Shown here: piece after piece, positions 11,201-23,935 of the stretch
How the letters are laid out: every line of letters begins with the position of its first letter
Position numbering within the stretch: position 1 is the stretch's first letter
Source: Macrostomum hystrix
Lineage: Eukaryota; Animalia; Platyhelminthes
Reading direction: 5' to 3'
Assembly (NCBI GenBank): GCA_950097015.1
Contig: CATNEN010000025.1
Coordinates: 5,270,001-5,334,000 of the forward strand
Length of the DNA: 64,000 nt
Translations under genes and position numbers: made by a program
The notes under the pieces: generated by a model
Told to the model about the DNA's origin: nothing
Seen by the model: the letters and a program-made list of their open reading frames with translations, nothing else
Databases searched by the model: none

Positions 11201-14200
11201 TTCAAACTGAGGGGATAACATTCAAACTGAGGGGATAGCATTCAAACTGAGGGGATAACATTCAAACTGAGGGGATAGCATTCAAACTGAGGGGATAACA
11301 TTCAAACTCAGGGGATAACATTCAAACTGAAGGGATAACATTCAAACTGAGGGGATAGCATTCAAACTGAGGGGATAGCATTCAAACTGAGGGGATAGCA
11401 TTCAAACTGAGGGGATAGCATTCAAACTGAGGGGATAACATTCAGATGCTGAAGAGATAACATTCAAACTGAGGGGATAACATTCAAACTGAGGGGATAG
11501 CATTCAAACTGAGGGGATAACATTCAGATGCTGAAGAGATAACATTCAAACTGAGGGGATAACATTCAAACTGAGGGGATAGCATTCAAACTGAGGGGAT
11601 AACATTCAGATGCTGAAGAGATAACATTCAAACTGAGGGGATAACATTCAAACTGAGGGGATAGCATTCAAACTGAGGGGATAACATTCAAACTCAGGGG
11701 ATAACATTCAAACTGAGGGGATAGCATTCAAACTGAGGGGATAACATTCAAACTGAGGGGATAACATTCAAACTGAGGGGATAGCATTCAAACTGAGGGG
11801 ATAACATTCAGATGCTGAAGAGATAACATTCAAACTGAGGGGATAACATTCAAACTGAGGGGATAGCATTTAAACTGAGGGGATAACATTCAAACTCAGG
11901 GGATAACATTCAAACTGAGGGGATAGCATTCAAACTGAGGGGATAACATTCAAACTGAGGGAAGAACGTTCAAACTGAGGGGAGAACATTCAAACTGAGG
12001 GGATAGCATTCAAACTGAGGGGATAACATTCAAACTGAGGGGATAGCATTCAAACTGAGGGGATAGCATTTAAACTGAGGGGATAGCATTCAAACTGAGG
12101 GGATAACATTCAAACTGAGGGGATAGCATTCAAACTGAGGGGATAGCATTCAAACTGAGGGGATAGCATTCAAACTGAGGGGATAACATTCAGATGCTGA
12201 AGAGATAACATTCAAACTGAGGGGATAACATTCAAACTGAGGGGATAGCATTCAAACTGAGGGGATAGCATTCAAACTGAGGGGATAGCATTCAAACTGA
12301 GGGGATAACATTCAGATGCTGAAGAGATAACATTCAAAACTGAGGGGATAACATTCAAACTGAGGGGATAGCATTCAAACTGAGGGGATAACATTCAGAT
12401 TCTGAAGGATAGCATTCAAACTAAGGGGATAGCATTCAAACTGAGGGGATAGCATTCAAACTGAGGGGATAGCATTCAAACTGAGGGGATAACATTCAGA
12501 TGCTGAAGAGATAACATTCAAACTGAGGGGATAACATTCAAACTGAGGGGATAGCATTCAAACTGAGGGGATAACATTCAGATTCTGAAGGATAGCATTC
12601 AAACTAAGGGGGATAACATTCAGATGCTGAAGAGATAACATTCAAAACTGAGGGGATAACATTCAAACTGAGGGGATAGCATTCAAACTGAGGGGATAAC
12701 ATTCAGATTCTGAAGGATAGCATTCAAACTAAGGGGATAGCATTCAAACTGAGGGGATAGCATTCAAACTGAGGGGATAGCATTCAAACTGAGGGGATAA
12801 CATTCAGATGCTGAAGAGATAACATTCAAACTGAGGGGATAACATTCAGATTCTGAAGGATAGCATTCAAACTCAGGGGATAGCATTCAAACTGAGGGGA
12901 TAGCATTCAAACTGAGGGGATAACATTCAGATGCTGAAGAGATAACATTCAAACTGAGGGGATAGCATTCAAACTGAGGGGATAGCATTCAAACTGAGGG
13001 GATAGCATTCAAACTGAGGGGATAACATTCAGATGCTGAAGAGATAACATTCAAAACTGAGGGGATAACATTCAAACTGAGGGGATAGCATTCAAACTGA
13101 GGGGATAACATTCAGATTCTGAAGGATAGCATTCAAACTAAGGGGATAGCATTCAAACTGAGGGGATAGCATTCAAACTGAGGGGATAGCATTCAAACTG
13201 AGGGGATAACATTCAGATGCTGAAGAGATAACATTCAAACTGAGGGGATAACATTCAAACTGAGGGGATAGCATTCAAACTGAGGGGATAACATTCAGAT
13301 TCTGAAGGATAGCATTCAAACTAAGGGGATAACATTCAGATGCTGAAGAGATAACATTCAAAACTGAGGGGATAACATTCAAACTGAGGGGATAGCATTC
13401 AAACTGAGGGGATAACATTCAGATTCTGAAGGATAGCATTCAAACTAAGGGGATAGCATTCAAACTGAGGGGATAGCATTCAAACTGAGGGGATAGCATT
13501 CAAACTGAGGGGATAACATTCAGATGCTGAAGAGATAACATTCAAACTGAGGGGATAACATTCAGATTCTGAAGGATAGCATTCAAACTCAGGGGATAGC
13601 ATTCAAACTGAGGGGATAGCATTCAAACTGAGGGGATAACATTCAGATGCTGAAGAGATAACATTCAAACTGAGGGGATAGCATTCAAACTGAGGGGATA
13701 GCATTCAAACTGAGGGGATAGCATTCAAACTGAGGGGATAGCATTCAAACTGAGGGGATAGCATTCAAACTGAGGGGATAACATTCAGATGCTGAAGAGA
13801 TAACATTCAAACTGAGGGGATAACATTCAAACTGAGGGGATAGCATTCAAACTGAGGGGATAGCATTCAAACTGAGGGGATAGCATTCAAACTGAGGGGA
13901 TAGCATTCAAACTGAGGGGATAGCATTAAAACTGAGGGGATAGCATTCAAACTGAGGGGATACCATTCAAAATTAAGGGGATAGCTTTCAAACTGAGGGG
14001 ATAGCATTCAAACTGAGGGGATAGCATTCAAACTGAGGGGATAGCATTCAAACTGAGGGGAGAACATTCAAACTGAGGGGAGAACATTCAAACTAAGGGG
14101 ATAACATTCAAACTCAGGGGATAGCATTCAAACTGAGGGGATAGCTTTCAAACTGAGGGGATAGCATTCAAACTGAGGGGATAGCTTTCAAACTGAGGAG

Positions 14201-17200
14201 ATAACATTCAGATTCTGAAGGATAGCATTCAAACTGAGGGGATAGCTTTCAAACTGAGGGGATAGCATTCAAACTGAGGGGATAGCATTCAAACTGAGGG
14301 GATAGCATTCAAACTGAGGGGATAGCATTTAAACTGAGGGGATAGCATTCAAACTGAGGGGATAACATTCAAACTGAGGGGATAGCATTCAAACTGAGGG
14401 GATAGCATTCAAACTGAGGGGATAGCATTCAAACTGAAGGGATAACATTCAGATGCTGAAGAGATAACATTCAAACTGAGGGGATAACATTCAAACTGAG
14501 GGGATAGCATTCAAACTGAGGGGATAGCATTCAAACTGAGGGGATAGCATTCAAACTGAGGGGATAGCATTCAAACTGAGGGGATAACATTCAGATGCTG
14601 AAGAGATAACATTCAAAACTGAGGGGATAACATTCAAACTGAGGGGATAGCATTCAAACTGAGGGGATAACATTCAGATGCTGAAGAGATAACATTCAAA
14701 CTGAGGGGATAACATTCAAACTGAGGGGATAGCATTCAAACTGAGGGGATAACATTCAGATGCTGAAGAGATAACATTCAAACTGAGGGGATAACATTCA
14801 AACTGAGGGGATAGCATTCAAACTGAGGGGATAACATTCAAACTCAGGGGATAACATTCAAACTGAGGGGATAGCATTCAAACTGAGGGGATAACATTCA
14901 AACTGAGGGATAACATTCAAACTGAGGGGATAACATTCAAACTGAGGGGATAACATTCAGATGCTGAAGAGATAACATTCAAACTGAGGGGATAACATTC
15001 AAACTGAGGGGATAGCATTCAAACTGAGGGGATAACATTCAAACTGAGGGGATAGCATTCAAACTGAGGGGATAACATTCAAACTCAGGGGATAACATTC
15101 AAACTGAAGGGATAACATTCAAACTGAGGGGATAGCATTCAAACTGAGGGGATAGCATTCAAACTGAGGGGATAGCATTCAAACTGAGGGGATAGCATTC
15201 AAACTGAGGGGATAACATTCAGATGCTGAAGAGATAACATTCAAACTGAGGGGATAACATTCAAACTGAGGGGATAGCATTCAAACTGAGGGGATAACAT
15301 TCAAACTGAGGGGATAGCATTCAAACTGAGGGGATAACATTCAAACTCAGGGGATAACATTCAAACTGAAGGGATAACATTCAAACTGAGGGGATAGCAT
15401 TCAAACTGAGGGGATAGCATTCAAACTGAGGGGATAGCATTCAAACTGAGGGGATAGCATTCAAACTGAGGGGATAACATTCAGATGCTGAAGAGATAAC
15501 ATTCAAACTGAGGGGATAACATTCAAACTGAGGGGATAGCATTCAAACTGAGGGGATAACATTCAGATGCTGAAGAGATAACATTCAAACTGAGGGGATA
15601 ACATTCAAACTGAGGGGATAGCATTCAAACTGAGGGGATAACATTCAGATGCTGAAGAGATAACATTCAAACTGAGGGGATAACATTCAAACTGAGGGGA
15701 TAGCATTCAAACTGAGGGGATAACATTCAAACTCAGGGGATAACATTCAAACTGAGGGGATAGCATTCAAACTGAGGGGATAACATTCAAACTGAGGGGA
15801 TAACATTCAAACTGAGGGGATAGCATTCAAACTGAGGGGATAACATTCAGATGCTGAAGAGATAACATTCAAACTGAGGGGATAACATTCAAACTGAGGG
15901 GATAGCATTTAAACTGAGGGGATAACATTCAAACTCAGGGGATAACATTCAAACTGAGGGGATAGCATTCAAACTGAGGGGATAACATTCAAACTGAGGG
16001 AAGAACGTTCAAACTGAGGGGAGAACATTCAAACTGAGGGGATAGCATTCAAACTGAGGGGATAACATTCAAACTGAGGGGATAGCATTCAAACTGAGGG
16101 GATAGCATTTAAACTGAGGGGATAGCATTCAAACTGAGGGGATAACATTCAAACTGAGGGGATAGCATTCAAACTGAGGGGATAGCATTCAAACTGAGGG
16201 GATAGCATTCAAACTGAGGGGATAACATTCAGATGCTGAAGAGATAACATTCAAACTGAGGGGATAACATTCAAACTGAGGGGATAGCATTCAAACTGAG
16301 GGGATAGCATTCAAACTGAGGGGATAGCATTCAAACTGAGGGGATAACATTCAGATGCTGAAGAGATAACATTCAAAACTGAGGGGATAACATTCAAACT
16401 GAGGGGATAGCATTCAAACTGAGGGGATAACATTCAGATTCTGAAGGATAGCATTCAAACTAAGGGGATAGCATTCAAACTGAGGGGATAGCATTCAAAC
16501 TGAGGGGATAGCATTCAAACTGAGGGGATAACATTCAGATGCTGAAGAGATAACATTCAAACTGAGGGGATAACATTCAAACTGAGGGGATAGCATTCAA
16601 ACTGAGGGGATAACATTCAGATTCTGAAGGATAGCATTCAAACTAAGGGGATAACATTCAGATGCTGAAGAGATAACATTCAAAACTGAGGGGATAACAT
16701 TCAAACTGAGGGGATAGCATTCAAACTGAGGGGATAACATTCAGATTCTGAAGGATAGCATTCAAACTAAGGGGATAGCATTCAAACTGAGGGGATAGCA
16801 TTCAAACTGAGGGGATAGCATTCAAACTGAGGGGATAACATTCAGATGCTGAAGAGATAACATTCAAACTGAGGGGATAACATTCAAACTGAGGGGATAG
16901 CATTCAAACTGAGGGGATAACATTCAGATTCTGAAGGATAGCATTCAAACTTAGGGGATAATATTCAATTCTAGAAAGTATTTTCGCGCTCTCCTAAACA
17001 TTTAAGCTTTCTTATAATTCCCTTGAAATGAAGCTTCATGTTTGCAAAGAAGAATTTTGCGTATCTAGTGTATTTTGTAGATATGCAACTTAGTGCTTGT
17101 CAAACGCCACCGCTTTCAACACCAAAAAAGATCCCAGGAGACATGCTATTCGCTATCAATGGTTGACCCAGCTTCAGGACTGGTTCTCTTTGTTCAATTC

Positions 17201-17562
17201 TTATGGCGTCGTGAAGTTTTACTGCTGGGTCTTTGGACGTGTCCTTTGACCCTGTACAATTCACAGGATATTTTCCCAACGCCTCTCTTCACTCATTTTT
17301 CTTCTTAATTGCTTTGTATAGTAGACTTGAAGCTTCATTGCAGCTCTGGGCAGAGTCAGTTAGTCTCAGCTCAAACCCGAGTCCAGATTCCGGGACAGAG
17401 AAGCATGAAAAGTGTCAAAAGCAGCTCTTGAGCTTTTAGTAAGGATTCTCTGTCACGAGATGCGAGGTAGCAGAGCAGTTCATCCTTTAGGCAATGGCGC
17501 CAACGGCACAAGGATTAAGTCTGACTCTAATACTGTGAATTTAAAACCATCGTTGTCTCCAG
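8235..17562 (+). other. Phase-0 GT-AG intron, 9328 bp
   Basis: Donor GTGAGC at 8235. Acceptor TTGTCTCCAG ends at 17562, with branch-point-like CTGAC/CTAAT at 17521-17530. The join keeps frame and completes the LRRCT cysteines. Confidence 0.85.
8290..16970. repeat. 20-bp satellite (CATTCAAACTGAGGGGATAR), ~430 units, with 22-bp CATTCAGATGCTGAAGAGATAA and 21-bp CATTCAGATTCTGAAGGATAG variants
   Basis: Period visible line by line. No ORF is reported in this interval. Confidence 0.98.
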
Positions 17563-18495
17563 AAATCGAAGCTGCCCACCTGCAAGTCGCCCTTCAACCT
17601 GATGGACATCGAGCTGACGAAGATCGATCCGATTCGGTTTCAGTGTCCGCCGCTGCGCATCTCCAATGTCGACCTGCAGCTGGGTCCGGACTCCGCCAGC
17701 CTCACCTGCCAGACCGACCAAAGCAGCGACGACAGCAATCCGCTGGACTGGTTCATCGGATCCGGCGCACTGACCAATGCTTTGCCTGTCGAGCGCGGCA
17801 ACCGACTCCAGCGACTCGTCCGACGGTCTGTCGGCCTGGACAGACAACGGTTGGCAGTTCGGGTAACCGATACCGCGGGTCAATCTGCCGAGCTCAATCT
17901 CACCATCGAATGGCCGCCAGAGCTGCCGCCTCCGCAGAGACCGACGCAGCCGCCGCTGCCGACACTGCCGATGCCAGCCGAGACGTCGGTTGGGGCCGAG
18001 TCTGGCGCCGCAATACCGGAGAAACCAACGGGCCAGAGGGGCACCGGCAGTGCCGTTGTCGACAGCAGCAAGCAATTCACTCTGCTGGAGATGATCATTG
18101 CCGTAATTGGCACATTCATGTCAACCAGCCTCATCTTCTTGCTCGCCTGCCAGTTTGTGCGCTGGTACAAACGACGCGACAAGAAACTCTGGGCGACCTA
18201 CGTGAGTCATCACCAGCACCCGCTGCCACACCCGCAGCAGCAGCTGCCGCAGCACCCGCAGTACTCGGCCACGTACAACTACAGCTCCCATCAGCCGTCG
18301 TCGCACGAGTACGACGTGCCCCGGATCGATCAGCCGTGCCTGCCGAAGCCGCCGCCACCGTCGCAAACTCTTCCGGCCGGTATTGGCGCCGGTGGAGTCG
18401 TCGGCGGCGGCAGCGGCTGCGGCGGCAGCAGCATGAGCAGCAGCGATCGTGAGTTCTTGGACTTCAACAATCCCAGACTGATGTACAATGTTTGA
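17563..18495 (+). CDS. Exon 2 (310 codons + stop) of the LRR-Ig-TM receptor: end of LRRCT, Ig-like domain, Pro-rich stalk, TM helix, cytoplasmic tail
   Basis: Reads KSKLPTCKSPFNLMDIELTKIDPIRFQC, in frame with ORF 17602-18495. Ig-like ASLTC...LDW. TM LLEMIIAVIGTFMSTSLIFLLACQFV followed by the stop-transfer RWYKRRDKK. Ends LMYNV*. Confidence 0.9.
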   Translation, partial: KSKLPTCKSPFNLMDIELTKIDPIRFQCPPLRISNVDLQLGPDSASLTCQTDQSSDDSNPLDWFIGSGALTNALPVERGNRLQRLVRRSVGLDRQRLAVRVTDTAGQSAELNLTIEWPPELPPPQRPTQPPLPTLPMPAETSVGAESGAAIPEKPTGQRGTGSAVVDSSKQFTLLEMIIAVIGTFMSTSLIFLLACQFVRWYKRRDKKLWATYVSHHQHPLPHPQQQLPQHPQYSATYNYSSHQPSSHEYDVPRIDQPCLPKPPPPSQTLPAGIGAGGVVGGGSGCGGSSMSSSDREFLDFNNPRLMYNV

Positions 18496-20034
18496 CGCAC
18501 GTCTCCGACCCCAAAACACTCCCAGCGTTAGCTCCTACGTTTGTTAAAACTACTCGCAACCCGCTTCCCTTTGTCCACTTATCTCAGAAACTAACAATTG
18601 CTTTGCAGAGCGCCTTGTGATTGCGCGTTGTTGATTGCTGCACATTGCTGTTGAACTAATTAAGAATTTTCTTTGCTTCACGTGTCTTCTTCAATCTAAT
18701 GGAGGCAGTGCTTTTTTTAAAGCGAGAAGTATCTCGTTTCTGTTCATTAGAATGTTTCTTTTTTCCCGCAGGCCTCACCCCTATAACTGCCCCCCCGCAA
18801 AGCTGACAGCATTCTGTTTCCCACCAAAGCGCTGAAAGCGAAATGGCTTCCAGCAGCTGAGGTCCAACGGCCTGATAAGAATCAGCTGGTCTGACCAGAA
18901 TGCCTTTTTGCTATTGGAACTGGAATTAAGAGTGAGAGAGTGGGGGGAGGCGACATGTGGAGAGGAGACGTGGGGCAGTTATTTAACTCCAGACTGCATC
19001 CGTGTCATGCATCTTTAATGATCTTTAGCGGGGGTTTCTCTAGACAGCGCAGCACTATGAAGCAGCCAGTCTGCTAGGGAACAAAGACCAAGCTTAGCAG
19101 TCTCTGTACAAGGTCCCATGTCCCAGTTATTATCAACCCGGAGCATCTCGCGGGCCTTCATATGATTGACTGGTCTTTTTAAACTGAAAATTCAAGCGGC
19201 TGCTATGGGCAAGTATTTTTTATCAATTTCTTGTATTTGACTTTTCAATAATGCTGTTTTGTTCTTCATTCTCAATTACATTTTGAGGTTATGATGTATG
19301 AATGGCTTGCCTAAACTCTTGCTCCTATAAATAGATGCGTGAAGTTTGTTTTCATTTCTTGGATAGTTGATTATGTCAAGTTGTTATTTTTTCCATTGTT
19401 GCTTCTTCTGTCGACTACCCGGAGATCGCTTTCATTTCGCTAACCCAGCCATGTGCTTCTCCCGCCTGATCCCCATACGGCTAATGCCATGTCGATATGC
19501 ATGTTTGCCCGCTCTTGCATAAACTCTTGCCTGCCTTTTTTTCCTGGAAGATTTCATTGGCTCAGAGAGAGATCGAGATTGGCAGTCTCAACCCTATTGT
19601 ACTGCTTAATTATTGTTTTTTTGTCGTAACACACAATTCTACAATACAACAATTTTGAGGCGCAATTGTAACGCAAAGTTTTTTACATTTCAACCTTTCC
19701 TAAAGACACCACCAAGCACCGCGTCTGCCCCGCCCCGAAACTGTACAAAATATATTAGCGAAAAACAAAATAGTATTGCTATAATTTATTTGGCATGACT
19801 TCGCCGATAAACTCTGAAACATAACATCAGATCAGTGTTACAAAACATCAGATTTTCAGCTACATTGGCAGGTAAGCTATAGCAACGAGTGGGCTCTTTT
19901 AAATGCCAGATACCTAGCTACTATAGTATCTATAGCTATAGCTACTGTATGCTAAACTGTTTGCGGTACTTACAGTTTGGTGATTTTACATTTTTTAGCG
20001 AGTGATGCAGTAAGGACAGCTCACTCCGTCACTC

Positions 20035-20945
20035 CTCATCTCATCTCTCCCAATGGCATCTCAGCTCTCTCTCCCAATCCCATCTCAGCTCTCTCTCCCA
20101 ACACCATCTCAGCTCTCTCTCCCAACACCATCTCATCTCTCCCAATACCATCTCAGCTCTCTCCCAATACCATCTCAGCTCTCTCTCCCAATACCATCTC
20201 AGCTCTCTCTCCCAATACCATCTCAGCTCTCTCCCAATACCATCTCAGCTCTCTCCCAATCCCATCTCAGCTCTCTCTCCCAATCCCATCTCAGCTCTCT
20301 CTCCCAACACCATCTCAGCTCTCTCTCCCAACACCATCTCATCTCTCCCAATACCATCTCAGCTCTCTCCCAATACCATCTCAGCTCTCTCCCAATACCA
20401 TCTCAGCTCTCTCCCAATACCATCTCAGCTCTCTCCAAATACCATCTCAGCTCTCTCTCCCAATCCCATCTCAGCTCTCTCCCAATACCATCTCAGCTCT
20501 CTCTCCCAATCCCATCTCAGCTCTCTCTCCCAACACCATCTCAGCTCTCTCTCCCAACACCATCTCATCTCTCCCAATACCATCTCAGCTCTCTCCCAAT
20601 ACCATCTCAGCTCTCTCCCAATACCATCTCAGCTCTCTCCCAATACCATCTCAGCTCTCTCCCAATCCCATCTCAGCTCTCTCCCAATACCATCTCAGCT
20701 CTCTCCCAATACCATCTCAGCTCTCTCCCAATACCATCTCAGCTCTCTCCCAATCCCATCTCAGCTCTCTCTCCCAATCCCATCTCAGCTCTCTCTCCCA
20801 ATACCATCTCAGCTCTCTCCCAATACCATCTCAGCTCTCTCTCCCAACACCATCTCATCTCTCCCAATACTATCTCATCTTTCTCTCCCAATACCATCTC
20901 ATTTCCCTCTCAGTTCTCTCCCAATCCGTTTCTCCCAATCTCATT
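20035..20945. repeat. 22/24-bp pyrimidine-rich minisatellite (CCCAATACCATCTCAGCTCTCT[CT])
   Basis: Read directly; explains ORFs 19977-20984 and 20053-20976. Confidence 0.95.
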
Positions 20946-21620
20946 TCGTTTTGTTTCTCAATCCTATTTCATCTGAGGAAGTGATGATATATTTGCATCC
21001 AAAACGAAGCCAGTTGCGCAGCCAGGATGGCTACAATTCATATCTCTACCTGAGGATCGGCCGAAAAACGGTAAATTTCTTGAAGCGGCGGTCCCACAGG
21101 TTCCACCCCTGGAGCAGCCCTCATTCCGCACGTAAGACCGAGGCCGTCTGGCGTTGTCAGTAGCAAAGCAATGCGCCAGAAGTTACCATCCCCCCACAGT
21201 ATCCTTCGCGGGATGCCCGTTAGTCCGAACTGACACACCCCATACAGATTCTTTTCATCCCAAATTTCCCCTCCAAGCAGCCAAGCAGAAGGGTTGGTCT
21301 GGCAGATAATACAGTGGTGTTGGCCCTGCAGAGTGAATTCACTTTGACTGCTACCACCGCGTCTGACAGCGAGTCAGCTGCTGCTGCTGCTGCTGTATTT
21401 GAAATTTTGTTGGCCCGACTAACGAGTGAGCGTCTGCAAGAGGATACTGCGCCGACTTATCTAGTACCTGCTTCCTTTTAGCAAATGAATTTCAGAATCC
21501 AGGAACTGGAGTGTCATACAAATGCATCAAGGATTTCCCAGAGCGGATAAAGTTCAACTAATGAATGTTTTCAAGAATGGCAGAATTGCGAAAAAAATAT
21601 AGATAGAAACAAACATAAAG

Positions 21621-22045
21621 GACAGACTGAATGACAGACTGAATGACAGACTGAATGACAGACTGAATGACAGACAGGACAGACTGAATGACAGACTGAA
21701 TGACAGACTGAATGACAGACTGAATGACAGACAGGACAGACTGAATGACAGACTGAATGACAGACTGAATGACAGACAGGACAGACTGAATGACAGACTG
21801 AATGACAGACTGAATGACAGACTGAATGACAGACTGAATGACAGACAGAGCAGACTGAATGACAGACAGGGCAGACTGAATGACAGACAGGGCAGACTGA
21901 ATGACAGACAGGGCAGACTGAATGACAGACAGGGCAGACTGAATGACAGACAGGGCAGACTGAATGACAGACAGGGCAGACTGAATTACAGACAGGGCAG
22001 ACAGAATGACAGACTGAATGACAGTTAGGGCAGACTGAATGAAGC
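21621..22045. repeat. 12-bp minisatellite (GACAGACTGAAT) grading into a 21-bp variant (GACAGACAGGGCAGACTGAAT)
   Basis: Read directly. Confidence 0.95.
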
Positions 22046-22589
22046 ACAGATTTAAAAGCACAGAGCTCCGGATTCAGACATTGGCAAACTGATTTCGCTT
22101 TCTTACAAAGCAATGTCTAAGCGTCTCAAGCATCCTAGTTTCGAGATCAACAATCTGACAGTTGCGTGTTGAGAATGCGTAGCAATTCGCTTTTTCTACT
22201 AACCTGAGCATTTCTGCCTTTTTGTCCTCATTGTGAAATGAGCATTCGTGACAGCGGCAAAGGGAACGAGTTCAACTGCCCCCAATTCACAAAGGAGAGC
22301 GAAATGGAGCTCGCACAGGGCGCGGTCGGTGATTTAATGAGCAAGCCAAACGTAGTCAACTTTGAGTCGTTTTGTCTTTGAGCACTACGTGAACTCGTAT
22401 AGTATAGGCATGCAGGCAGTTGTTTCGATTGTGTGGCTTGGCGTATAAGAGGTGGCCTCACCTTGCTGATTCGGTATCGCTTCAAACGAAATTTGCGAAA
22501 GCCAGACCCAGACCCAGCCTATTACCCCTCGGATACCACGGTGCTTAGCAACAAAAGAAACAAAAAAGCTTACCTAGAAACTTCCTTCA

Positions 22590-22875
22590 TTAGAAACACA
22601 CTGCTTCCATAGAAACCACACTGCTTCCATAGAAACCACACTGCTTCCATAGAAACCACACTGCTTCCATAGAAACCACACTGCTTCCATAGAAACCACT
22701 CAGCTTCCATAGAAACCACTCAGCTTCCATAGAAACCATACTGCTTCCATAGAAACCACACTACTTTTATAGGAACCATAATGCTTTCTTAGAAAACTCC
22801 CTGCTTTCCTAGAAACCATGAGAATTTCATAGGAACCTTATAGACTTCATAGAATCTGCATTTACTTCCTAGAAA
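22590..22875. repeat. 20-bp minisatellite (ACTGCTTCCATAGAAACCAC), ~8 good units then degenerate
   Basis: Read directly at 22600-22760. Confidence 0.9.
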
Positions 22876-23323
22876 TCATTGTCTCATGACGTCATTAATT
22901 ATGGGATTAGAAACGGCTGGGGAAATAAATATTTTTATTTATCATTATGATACGAACAGAATCCAACAGAATCCGATTCGCTAAATTGATAAGGCTTATC
23001 TAAAACCCTCTGCCCTGTCAACGCGTCTATAAAGTAGCTGGGGTCAGTACTTCCTTTAGAAGGCTTAGAAAGCGCTTCACACTGGGATTACGGCAACACG
23101 GGATGCAATTGCGATATCAGATTTCTCTGGGCGGCATTTTTCTGACGTGTCTTCCCGTTTTTTAGGAGGTTGGCTTAGAAATCCACTTTGCCACTTAATT
23201 TTTCATGTATCAGGTGTTTGGCGGACAGATAGTTACGTAACTCCGTGGCCAACCTACTCAAACCTATCCCTGGCCTATCAAGGCGTTGAGATTCAGATTT
23301 GGCAAGTCGACAAAAAAATGTAA

Positions 23324-23790
23324 GGGTTGTAGCCCTGTGGTTCCAGTGTTGGACTCATGACTTGAGGGTCGAGGTTCGATTCCCGACTCTAAAAGGAAAA
23401 TATGTGTCCTTTAGCAAGTCACTTAACTCTGAATTCGAGTCCTTGAAGCGCAGTCCAAAGCCGGTCTAGACCATAGACAAAGATTTCAATGTGGCTTATA
23501 ATCTTTAATAAGTATACAAGTATGGTCTTGTGCTGAAAAAAAATCGTTTCGGGCAAAAAAACGTTTTATTCGAACCATAGCAACGATCAGGACCATAGAC
23601 TATTGAGCTAATCCATACAGCAAGGCTACAAAATAGCTTGTAGCCTTGGGGCAAGACACGTAACTCTGCATTGCTCCAGTTCAACTAGCTGTTAAACTGG
23701 TTCCTGCATTAGATGGGGTAATTGTGGGTGGGTCTGGAATCCCACCAGTCCATGGACTGAACAGCCGTACGCAGCTTCAGATGCGCCGCC
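23324..23790 (+). mobile_element. Interrupted family A SINE: tRNA head + start of CORE-like domain (23324-23431), module C (23431-23612), then CORE-like body and 3' part (23635-23790)
   Basis: Head GGGTTGTAGCCCTGTGG...GGACTCATGACTTGAGGGTCGAGGTTCGATTCCCGACTC. Body TGTGTCCTTTAGCAAGTCACTTAACTCTG. Family 3' motif CAGTCCATGGACTGAACAGCCGTACGCAGC. Confidence 0.75.
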
Positions 23791-23866
23791 CAATATACAA
23801 CTGATGCCCATTAACGACCACAAAGCATGGGTATCGATTTTATTGTGCCATAGACATTTTTGCATT

Positions 23867-23935
23867 TTCGAATCCGCGGCGAGGCCACTTTAATTTGTGG
23901 CGCGGAGTGGAGAGATGGTTGATTGGGTTGTCGCC
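23867..23935 (+). mobile_element. Diverged fragment of family B SINE (B-box region and start of body)
   Basis: TTCGAATCCGCGGCGAGGCCACTTTAATTTGTGGCGC...GGAGAGATGG aligns by eye to the reverse complement of ~1365-1432. Confidence 0.55.

Noticed and set aside
8290-16970. CRISPR-like or ribozyme-like array (CTGAAGA...AAAC in variant units)
   Set aside because: No unique spacers, no cas genes, eukaryotic context; the hammerhead GAAA box reads CAAA and no stems form.
17412-18452. 346-aa alternative-frame ORF and antisense ORFs over exon 2
   Set aside because: Shadow ORFs of a GC-rich exon. Only the 17563 frame has recognisable domains and matches the splice phase.
21048-21095. CTGAGGA-TCGGCC-GAAA minimal hammerhead candidate
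   Set aside because: The stem II closing pair (T-C) and stem I do not pair; single copy.
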